Shown here piece by piece: positions 27,309 to 35,076 of a stretch of 64,000 nt of DNA. The notes beneath the pieces were generated by a model. The model saw only the letters and a list, made by a program, of their open reading frames with translations, searched no databases and had not been told where the DNA came from. Made by a program: the position numbers and the translations under genes. Position 1 is the first letter of the stretch. Every line of letters begins with the position of its first letter. The stretch is from an uncultured Actinomycetota bacterium (GTDB taxonomy: Bacteria > Actinomycetota > Acidimicrobiia > Acidimicrobiales > Bog-793). The DNA is taken from positions 1,032,641 through 1,096,640 of the forward strand of contig CAVTJR010000003.1 in NCBI GenBank assembly GCA_963735115.1. Direction: 5' to 3'.

Positions 27309-28289
27309 CTAAACGGGGTCGTTTTTGATCGTCAGGACGACGTTACCGGTCTTCTGCTGCGTCTCGACGTACACGGTCGCATCGACGACCTGCTGCAAGG
27401 GGTAGCACCGGTCGATGACCGCCCGGTATCTCCCCACCTCGATTAGCTCTTTCAGCAGTAAGACGTCCTTCTTCGCATCCGGATGGCGCGCAAAGGGGAG
27501 CTTCACCCGCCTTGTCCCGATAACCGAGGTCATGAGAGCGAGGAAGGGGTTCTGCCACAGGAACCCCAGGTCGGCGACCGCGTAGGTCCCGCCACGCACG
27601 AGAGAGCCTCGGCAGCGCCGGAACGAATGCTTGCCGACCGCGTCGAAGATGACGTCGTACGTCTGGCCGTTCCGGGTGAAATCCTCCTTCGTGTAGTCGA
27701 TGACGGCGTCGGCGCCGAGCGACCTCACGATCTCTACGTTCTTCGTATTGCACACCGCAGTGACATCGGCTCCGAAGTGCTTGGCCAGCTGCACCGCCGC
27801 GGTGCCGACCGACCCGGACGCCCCGTAGATGAGGATTCTCTGCCCCTTCCGCAGAGCCACCGGTCTCAGGCAGGTCAGTGCTTGGATCGCGCCCACGCAG
27901 ACAGCCGCAGCCTCCTCGAAGGTCATGCTGGCTGGCATCGTCGCGAGTGGAGTGTCTTCGCTCAGGCAGACGAACTCGGCGTGCGCTCCCATCCCGTCCG
28001 CGGTGACGCCGAAGACGCGGTCGCCGATCTTGTACCGAGTTACCACCGGGCCGACCGCGTCGACTTCTCCGGCCAGTTCGGAGCCGAGTATCTGCACCCT
28101 CGGCCGGACAAGGCCGGTGAAGGCTCGCATGAAGAACGGCTTCGCTCCCCGGTACCCGCAGTCCGTCCTGTTGACCGTCGTGGCATGGATCTTGACGAGG
28201 ACCTCGTCGTCTTTGGGGACGGGCTTGTCGACCTCCGCGAGATGCTCGACGTCCGGCGGGCCGTATTTCTCGTAGATGGCGGCTTTCAT
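27309..28289 (-). CDS. NADPH:quinone oxidoreductase (MDR superfamily), tandem paralog
   Basis: The start MKAAIYEKYGPPDV has the RBS GGAGAGGGAA. The cofactor site is ASGSVGTAAVQLAKHFGA. Confidence 0.85.
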   Translation of the reverse strand: MKAAIYEKYGPPDVEHLAEVDKPVPKDDEVLVKIHATTVNRTDCGYRGAKPFFMRAFTGLVRPRVQILGSELAGEVDAVGPVVTRYKIGDRVFGVTADGMGAHAEFVCLSEDTPLATMPASMTFEEAAAVCVGAIQALTCLRPVALRKGQRILIYGASGSVGTAAVQLAKHFGADVTAVCNTKNVEIVRSLGADAVIDYTKEDFTRNGQTYDVIFDAVGKHSFRRCRGSLVRGGTYAVADLGFLWQNPFLALMTSVIGTRRVKLPFARHPDAKKDVLLLKELIEVGRYRAVIDRCYPLQQVVDATVYVETQQKTGNVVLTIKNDPV

Positions 28290-28847
28290 AGGTTCCCTCT
28301 CCTCGCCCGTGGGGATGCCGGATCGACCCTCCGCGCTCGCGCCCACCTCCCGCACGGAACAGCTCCGATGCGCTCGGCGAGCGATCGCCGCCACGCTTCT
28401 CGTCACCGCCCTCTCCGGCACCTTGGTCCGTGCGATGAGGTCGAACTCGTCAGCATAAAGATAAGTGAAGCCCAGCAGCTCGGCGAGCGCCGAGCGACTC
28501 GACAGTGCACGAGGGAGCCCGCGAGACCGTCTGTTATGGCTCGGCGGTCATGTCGAAACGGTCGATGTTCGGTTCCAGGACGCCGTCCCCGTGTCGGCAA
28601 ACGTGTTTGAATCCACCTCGGGAGACTGAGGGTCTGAGTATCCACCGGAACCGTGGCCGTTCATAGCCGGCCGAGGTGATGCGGGGCTGGTCCTGGGAAT
28701 CTGCCGCCGCGAATGCCGGAGGCGAATGTCACATCTCTGCACCACCGCATTGGACAAGACTGCTGAGTCTGCCGGGCCGACCGCTGACCAGCTTCGATCA
28801 CATCAGGCGGCCGTACGCGAAGACCCCTCCAACTGCCTTTGTAAAGC

Positions 28848-29816
28848 ATGAGGGTTGGGCGGTCATACGGGGTGACCTGCCTCGTCGCGCTGGCGCTGTT
28901 GGGCGCCGCCTGCACGAGCCCGGCCGCCGTCTCGACGACGACATCGAGCCCGGTCACCACGATCGCTTCGACCGCATGGGTGCCCGTCGCCTACGGAGAT
29001 GCGCAGCTCTCGGTGCCGGCGAACTGGTATGTCCTCTACGGCCAGCCTCCGTGCCCTGTCGGCCAGCCGCCAGGTGAACTGTTCGTCAATCCCGCCCCGG
29101 GCGTGTACCACTGTCCAGCGGAAACGGGGCACGGGCCGTTCTCGGTCGTGGACCTGGAAGCACTCGCCAGAACGGAGAACGCTGGTAGGAAGGTGTTCAC
29201 CATCAACGGCATTACCGTGCGCGAGGCGACCGCGCCCACCAACACATACCTCGTGCGCTCGTTAGGAGCCCAGGTCACGGTAGACGGCCCACTCGGGCTT
29301 GGCGTCCTGCACACATTGGCCCGCGCGCCTCGAGTCTCTGTGCTGGCCACCGCTGGGCCGGCGAGAGTCCCCAGCTCGTGGCACCGGATTGCCTTCGCAG
29401 GCGTGAGCATTGCAGCACCGAGCAGTTGGTCGGTCATGCGGGCCAACTCCTATGGACCGGACTGCTCAGCGTTGCAACAGGTTGAGTTCGGACTTCCATC
29501 CGTCGTTCTCGACACCGACGAGAGGATCATCTTCCCACCCTGTCCGTACCTGCCTCCCTACCAACGGCCCCAGACGGCCGGCGAGGGACTGCGCATCGAC
29601 AAGCTGACCATCTACCCACCGGTCGCTCGTACGGAGTTTCGAAACTGTCTTCGTATCAACGGGCTTTCTACCTGCCCGGCGGCCTCGCCTGGGTACTCGA
29701 TTCTCGTGCTGCGGGTGGAGGGACCCACGCTGTCCAAGCCGGTGTACATCTCCATCGGGTTGGGTGGGAACGGGGGAATCGCAAGGACAATTCTGCATTC
29801 GTTGCGGGCGTCGTGA
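28848..29816 (+). CDS. Secreted lipoprotein, paralog of the island-2 gene 18818-19843
   Basis: Lipobox LLGAACTS. It has WVPVAYGDAQLSVPA and the C-terminal SIGLGGNGGIARTILHSLRAS. Confidence 0.65.
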   Translation: MRVGRSYGVTCLVALALLGAACTSPAAVSTTTSSPVTTIASTAWVPVAYGDAQLSVPANWYVLYGQPPCPVGQPPGELFVNPAPGVYHCPAETGHGPFSVVDLEALARTENAGRKVFTINGITVREATAPTNTYLVRSLGAQVTVDGPLGLGVLHTLARAPRVSVLATAGPARVPSSWHRIAFAGVSIAAPSSWSVMRANSYGPDCSALQQVEFGLPSVVLDTDERIIFPPCPYLPPYQRPQTAGEGLRIDKLTIYPPVARTEFRNCLRINGLSTCPAASPGYSILVLRVEGPTLSKPVYISIGLGGNGGIARTILHSLRAS

Positions 29817-29904
29817 GATGACGACCACCGTGCTTCGGGCCGTTTGCCGGCGTGCCGAAAGTGACGTGCCACTAGGAGCAGCGACGCTGCCCGTCAAGGA
29901 GAGG

Positions 29905-30384
29905 CTAGGGGGAGTCGGTGTTGACGATCAGCACGCTGCAGGGGCAGCGATGGGCCACCTTGTTCGGGACGCTCCCGAGCACGAAGCGCTTCACTCCACT
30001 CATGCCTTGGTTTCCGACCACGATCAGATCGGCATCCACAGCCTCCGCGATGCTGATGAGCGCGTCCGACACGTCAGTATTGCCGGGACTGTGGATCTCG
30101 ACGGAGACTCCCTGGCGTTGCGCCTCGGTGAGCAGCTGCCTACGCGTGTCTTCGGCTCGCTCACGATCGCCCGCTACCTCGAACTCAAACGGCGCCGCTG
30201 GTGTGTCAACGAATCCCGTCTTGACGGTCGGGTCAACCACGTGAACAGCGTGCAGTGTGGCCCCGGACATCTTCGCCAAGGCGAGGGCTTCGCCGACGGC
30301 GATGGACGCCCGATCTGAGCCGTCTGTGCCGACGACGATCACCTTGTACGTTGCCGTCCCCGGCGCGGTGGATGGCGGCGACAT
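29905..30384 (-). CDS. Universal stress protein (UspA family)
   Basis: YKVIVVGTDGSDRAS ... VVGNQGMSGVKRFVLGSVPNKVAHRCPCSVLIV. Confidence 0.85.
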   Translation of the reverse strand: MSPPSTAPGTATYKVIVVGTDGSDRASIAVGEALALAKMSGATLHAVHVVDPTVKTGFVDTPAAPFEFEVAGDRERAEDTRRQLLTEAQRQGVSVEIHSPGNTDVSDALISIAEAVDADLIVVGNQGMSGVKRFVLGSVPNKVAHRCPCSVLIVNTDSP

Positions 30385-30460
30385 TTACACCCCCCTGAAG
30401 TAGTTGTACGTCCTCGACGGCAATCTACTTGTGAGCCCGGGAACCTTCAATCGAAACGCT

Positions 30461-31945
30461 TTACTCGCTGTCGAGGTTCTCCGGCCGGGCGCCGCTCGTC
30501 GGCTTCATCAGCGTGCTCGCTGTCTGTTCGAGCGGACCGAAGGGCGCCGCCGGCACCGGACGTGCAACGTGGCGCTCGAATATGGCTGCTGTTCTCAGCA
30601 CTTGTACGTCTGCGAACCGGCGGCCCATGAACTGGACGCCGACCGGTAGGCCGCCCGCGGCGACTCCGGACGGCACCGAGGTGACTGGCTGACCCGTCAG
30701 GTTGGCGATCGAGTCCATTCCCCACAGCGACGGGTCGTCGCCTTCGTTGTCCGACAGCCCGACGGAGAAGGGCAGGACCTGTTGCCCCGGTGACACGATC
30801 ACGTCGTAGTCCTCGAGGAACGCTCCCCAGGAGCGGGACATTCGCTCGCGGCGCCATTGCGCGTCGAGGTATTCCGCAGCCGAGATGGCCTCGCCAGACC
30901 GGATGGTCCTCGCGCTGTAAGGGGTCATCTCTGCCTCGCGGTCGAGTAGCGGTCCTTCGGATGCGTATCCCTCACATGCGGCGATCAGCAACCAGAGCGC
31001 GACCGCATCCTCGTTCGGCGGCGGATGTGCTTCCGCCAGCGCGCATCCGAGACCCTCGAGCACCTTCACTGCCTCGTCGAAGCCTGCCCGCACGTCCCGG
31101 TCGACGGCTGCAAAGCCGAAGTCGGCGCTGACGGCCACCCGCAGCCCGCTGAGGTCGTCCCGGCCGGCGCCAACGGAGGCAAGGGTGGCGGTGTCGAAGG
31201 GGACGGTCGCCGGATCGGCGGGGTGAGGGCCGGCCATGACGGCGAGCATGGCGGCGACGTCAGCGACACTGCGTCCCATCGGGCCGTGGACCGAGAGTGT
31301 CGGCCAACCGCGGAACCCTGGGCGCGTCGGCACCACTCCATACGTCGGCTTGTGACCGACGGTGCCGCAGAAGGCCGACGGCCCACGGATCGACCCTCCT
31401 CCGTCTGTTCCGACAGCGAGGGCAGCCATGCCGGTGGCGACGGCGACACCCGAGCCGCCCGACGAGCCTCCGGGTGTCCTCTCGCGGTCGAACGGGTTGC
31501 GGGTGAGGCCCCAGAGGGGTGAGTCAGTGTCGCCGCGGTAGCAGAACTCCGGGTTGTTCGTCTTGCCGACGATCACTGCGCCGGCGCCCGTGAGCCGCCG
31601 AACCGCCACACAGTCCTCGTCCGGGACGAAGTCCGCCAGAATGCGAGACCCGTTCGTGGCCGGCGCCCCGGCGAGCCAGACGTGGTCCTTCACGGCCAGT
31701 GGCACGCCGGCGAGGGGGAGCTCGGGTTCCCCCGAAGACCGCCGATCGACCGCTCGCGCCTCGTCGAGGGCGCGCTCGCGCAGCACGACGGTGAAGGCAC
31801 CGAGAAGGGGGTCCACCTCGGCGATGCGCGCCAGCGCCGCTTCCGTCACCTCGACGGCCGAGACGGATCCGGCCCGGACGGCCGCTGCCACATCGACTGC
31901 CGGGGCAAACGGATCGACGGGCAAAGGAGCCACGCTCTCGGACAC
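30461..31945 (-). CDS. Amidase (amidase-signature family)
   Basis: 494 aa with the amidase signature GGSSGGSGVAVATGMA. Confidence 0.9.
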   Translation of the reverse strand: MSESVAPLPVDPFAPAVDVAAAVRAGSVSAVEVTEAALARIAEVDPLLGAFTVVLRERALDEARAVDRRSSGEPELPLAGVPLAVKDHVWLAGAPATNGSRILADFVPDEDCVAVRRLTGAGAVIVGKTNNPEFCYRGDTDSPLWGLTRNPFDRERTPGGSSGGSGVAVATGMAALAVGTDGGGSIRGPSAFCGTVGHKPTYGVVPTRPGFRGWPTLSVHGPMGRSVADVAAMLAVMAGPHPADPATVPFDTATLASVGAGRDDLSGLRVAVSADFGFAAVDRDVRAGFDEAVKVLEGLGCALAEAHPPPNEDAVALWLLIAACEGYASEGPLLDREAEMTPYSARTIRSGEAISAAEYLDAQWRRERMSRSWGAFLEDYDVIVSPGQQVLPFSVGLSDNEGDDPSLWGMDSIANLTGQPVTSVPSGVAAGGLPVGVQFMGRRFADVQVLRTAAIFERHVARPVPAAPFGPLEQTASTLMKPTSGARPENLDSE

Positions 31946-32165
31946 TACTCACCGGCTATACGGAGCCGCTCCGGCTCACCGAGTCGTTGGCAGGAGCGGT
32001 GGCACAGGCTGGCGTCCCTCGCGGCCATCGAAGCGCTCGACAACCTGTGAGCGTGTCTGCGCGGGCAGCTGCCGGGTAGCTTGAGCGAATTCAGGTAAGC
32101 GAGCGACGAGTCTTTTGGCGGTGGGTCGGCACTGACGGCCGCTGTCGTCTCGGGGCGGTTCATCG

Positions 32166-32750
32166 GTGAATGATCTCGTCCGGCGACTGTCGGCAGCGGT
32201 CGTGGCCGTCACTCTTGTGGCGCTCGTTGCCTGCGATCTGTGGGTTGGCAGCGTGCGCGCCTGGTGGGACCGACATTCGCTGACGGGCTCTGTCGTTTCC
32301 AGTCTGTTGGTACTGGCGGTGACGGCGCTCATCGTCGATGAGGTGCTTGCCCGCCGTCAGCGCAAGGAGCGCGCCTCCTCGGTGGCCGTCCAAGGATTAA
32401 TCGTGTACGGCCAGGCCCGTCGCGCCTACGCCGCCGTCATCGCCACTGGCACGGCGGAGCCGCCCCAGGTCGGTGCCCGTGAGGAGCTGCGGACCCTGGC
32501 GACCATGATGCTGACAGCCTCGCCGAGCTTGTTCGACGATGCCGCCGCCCGGAGGTTCTTGGAACAGGTCGAGCGGTTCTCGGTATCGATGATTCGAGAG
32601 CTGTCTGCATTGGCTAAAGGTGAGCTGAGCCGAGCCGCTCGTGAGCGGCTGGAGGATCAGGTGTCTCAGCTGCAAGTGACCGTCGAACCGCTATTGGCGC
32701 GGATTCCGACCGAAGACCGATCGGCCCTCGAGGGATGGCCTTACGCTTGA
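32166..32750 (+). CDS. Membrane-anchored hypothetical protein
   Basis: 194-aa ORF with two N-terminal hydrophobic helices. Confidence 0.5.
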   Translation: MNDLVRRLSAAVVAVTLVALVACDLWVGSVRAWWDRHSLTGSVVSSLLVLAVTALIVDEVLARRQRKERASSVAVQGLIVYGQARRAYAAVIATGTAEPPQVGAREELRTLATMMLTASPSLFDDAAARRFLEQVERFSVSMIRELSALAKGELSRAARERLEDQVSQLQVTVEPLLARIPTEDRSALEGWPYA

Positions 32751-32799
32751 CCGCAGAAGAGCCCGGTCCGATGAGAACAAGGCGAATGGGGAGAGCTTC

Positions 32800-33087
32800 G
32801 TGAGCGGCTATGTGTTTGCGGACGTGACGTGGACGGACGAAGAAGGCCGCCGGGAATACCTTGAGTTGCTCCGGCCGACCCTCGAGCAGTACGGCGGGGA
32901 GATGGTGGCGAGGAGCACGGACGTCGAGGTGATGGAGGGTGACTGGCAACCCGGCGCCGCCACGGTGCTCATCTCGTTTCCGAGTCGCCAGGCCGCTCTG
33001 AGCTGGTACCACTCAGGTGAGTACAGCCGGGCGTTGGAGATTCGGAAGGGATCGTCCCACTCGCGATTGATGATCTTCGGCGAGTGA
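32800..33087 (+). CDS. DUF1330-family protein
   Basis: 95 aa. The pattern YVFADVTWTDEEGRREYLE...VLISFPSRQAALSWYHSGEY is typical of DUF1330. Confidence 0.7.
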   Translation: MSGYVFADVTWTDEEGRREYLELLRPTLEQYGGEMVARSTDVEVMEGDWQPGAATVLISFPSRQAALSWYHSGEYSRALEIRKGSSHSRLMIFGE

Positions 33088-33338
33088 CCGAGCGGGTGCA
33101 ACTCGATTTTGCATGGCGGGTGGCAACACGGGGCTGAGACTGGCTGCGTAGCCGAGCCTGGGCTCTTAGTGCCCACCACGTAACAAACTCGACTCTGCTC
33201 GTCTCGGTCGGTCGCGCCATCGGTGACGTGTTTCGCACCCCGATTTGACACACATCACGCGTAGTGGTTAGCTGACTACGTACGGCGTCTTCCCCCACGG
33301 TACCAAGGCGGGTGGGGGAGCGAGGGGAGGCCGCAGCA

Positions 33339-35069
33339 ATGAGTCAGGCAGCACACAGAGCTAAGAAGCACCGTTCGGTGGCGTGGAGGCACTTGAAGGT
33401 CCTTGGTGCCTCCGCGACGCTTTGTCTCGGTGTGGCGTCGGTCATAGCCGGCACCGAAGCGATGACACTCGGCGGCTCGGCCGCCGAGCAGTACATCGTG
33501 CAAGGCTCGAGCAGCAAGGCTGCTGCGGTCGAAGTCCACGCCGAGCACGGCGTCGTGCTCTCTGCTCTCCCGATCGTCCACGGTGTCGTCGCCAAGCTCA
33601 CGGCAGACGAGGTGGCGGCCGCCCGCCAGGCGGGCCTGCAGGTATCGCCGAATCTGCCGGTGACGGTAGAAGGCATCAACCTGGCGCCCGGCCAGGACCC
33701 GTCGAGCAACTTCGGGTCGGTCACCGGGGCCAACTCGATGTGGTCCCAGGGCGACTACGGCCAAGGCGTGACCGTGGCCGTGCTCGATACCGGCATCGAT
33801 GCGCAACTCCCTGACCTTCGTTCACGGGTGATCGGCGGGGTCAACCTCAGCGGGTCGAGCTCGGGCTGGGGGACGGATCACTACGGGCACGGGACGTTCG
33901 TCTCCGGAGTCATCGCTTCGAACGGCGCGTCCTCGAGCGGACAGTTCACGGGTGTGGCACCGCAGGCCGACCTCGTGTCGATCAAAGTGGCCGGCGTCAG
34001 TGGAATCACGAACGAGAGCACCGTCATCGAGGGCGTTGCGTGGGCCGTCAATAACCAGAAGAACTACGGCGGCATCCAGGTGCTCAACATGTCCCTCGGC
34101 GTGGAGCCGAGCTCGCCCTCCGCCCTCGACCCGCTCGACCAGGCGGTCGAGCAGGCATGGAATGCAGGGATCGTCGTTGTCACCTCCGCCGGCAACTCCG
34201 GCCCTGACAACGGCAGCATCACCTCGCCCGGCGACGACCCGCTCGTGATCACCGTCGGGGCCGTCGACGACGCCGGTACGGACACTCCCGCCGATTTCTC
34301 GGTGGACGCGTTCTCCAGCGCCGGCCCCACGCTGTTCGATGGCTGGTTCAAGCCGGACCTGGTGGCGCCGGGCAGGTCGATCGTGAGTCTCATGGCACCG
34401 AACTCCACGATCTATGACGACAACCCGACGGCGAGGATCGGATACGACAATTTCGTCGGCTCGGGCACGTCCTTCTCGGCGGCGATGGTCTCGGGGTTGG
34501 TCGCACTGCTCCTCGAACAGAACCCGAGCCTCACCCCCGACCAGGTGAAGGCTGCGCTCCTCTTCAGCGCCACGGCTGGCCCGGTTGGCGACCCGCTCGT
34601 CGACGGTCACGGCATCGCCAACGTGGCGGATGCGAACAATGTGGCGGGCCAGGTCTCGCTCGATCAATCTCCCGCCGAGACCGCCGAGACGGCCGAGACC
34701 ACCGACACGGCCCAGACCACCGATACCACGGGGACCTCGACGTCGCCTGCCACGGTCTCGCTTGCCACTACGTGGGCGGCATCGACCTGGAACCCTGCCA
34801 ACTGGGGCGGGTCGGCGTGGAACGCTTCGCCGCCCAACACAGCGGGCGGGAGCGCCACGAATACCGTCGAGGGCACTGCCTGGAACGGCGCCGCCTGGAA
34901 CGGGGCCGCATGGAACGGCGCCGCCTGGAACGGCGCGGCCTGGAACGGAGCGGCCTGGAACGGCGCGGCCTGGAACGGGGCCGCCTGGAACGGCGCGGCC
35001 TGGAACGGAGCGGCCTGGAACGGAGCGGCCTGGAACGGGGCCGCCTGGAACGACGAGGGCTGGGGGTGA
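33339..35069 (+). CDS. Secreted subtilisin-like serine protease (S8) with I9-like propeptide and C-terminal (AAWNG)n tail
   Basis: The ATG at 33339 follows GAGGGGAGG. A signal peptide is present. The catalytic triad motifs are VAVLDTGID, HGHGTFVSG and GSGTSFSAAMVSG. Confidence 0.9.
   Translation: MSQAAHRAKKHRSVAWRHLKVLGASATLCLGVASVIAGTEAMTLGGSAAEQYIVQGSSSKAAAVEVHAEHGVVLSALPIVHGVVAKLTADEVAAARQAGLQVSPNLPVTVEGINLAPGQDPSSNFGSVTGANSMWSQGDYGQGVTVAVLDTGIDAQLPDLRSRVIGGVNLSGSSSGWGTDHYGHGTFVSGVIASNGASSSGQFTGVAPQADLVSIKVAGVSGITNESTVIEGVAWAVNNQKNYGGIQVLNMSLGVEPSSPSALDPLDQAVEQAWNAGIVVVTSAGNSGPDNGSITSPGDDPLVITVGAVDDAGTDTPADFSVDAFSSAGPTLFDGWFKPDLVAPGRSIVSLMAPNSTIYDDNPTARIGYDNFVGSGTSFSAAMVSGLVALLLEQNPSLTPDQVKAALLFSATAGPVGDPLVDGHGIANVADANNVAGQVSLDQSPAETAETAETTDTAQTTDTTGTSTSPATVSLATTWAASTWNPANWGGSAWNASPPNTAGGSATNTVEGTAWNGAAWNGAAWNGAAWNGAAWNGAAWNGAAWNGAAWNGAAWNGAAWNGAAWNGAAWNDEGWG
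34875..35054 (+). repeat. 12 x 15-bp in-frame tandem repeat encoding (A/T)AWNG pentapeptides
   Basis: Twelve contiguous units of GC(C/G)GC(C/A)TGGAACGG(N). The blocks 34921-34980 and 34981-35040 are a 60-bp higher-order duplicate with 59/60 identity. Confidence 0.95.
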
Positions 35070-35076
35070 GGGCGAA

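Noticed and set aside
28290-28421. N-terminal extension of the second MDR oxidoreductase (track start 28421), and upstream in-frame text ALAELLGFTYLYADEFDLIARTK that looks protein-like
   Set aside because: MKAAIYEKYG with a strong RBS at 28289 matches the canonical MDR N-terminus. The upstream stretch has no start or recognisable domain and may be a gene relic, but I cannot support that.
33245-33273. Candidate promoter TTGACA-n17-TTAGCT upstream of the protease
   Set aside because: The -35 is perfect but the -10 is poor by any register. Without transcript data this is not reportable as a feature.
34875-35054. Possible CRISPR array (regular short repeats)
   Set aside because: The units are contiguous 15-mers with no spacers, in frame inside a coding sequence. 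No cas genes are in the window.
34585-35076. N-terminal extension of the GGDEF-EAL ORF (track start 34585)
   Set aside because: It overlaps the protease 3' end in another frame and encodes Pro/Arg/Gly low-complexity sequence produced by the repeat array. Credible starts with an RBS exist at 35077 and 35086.
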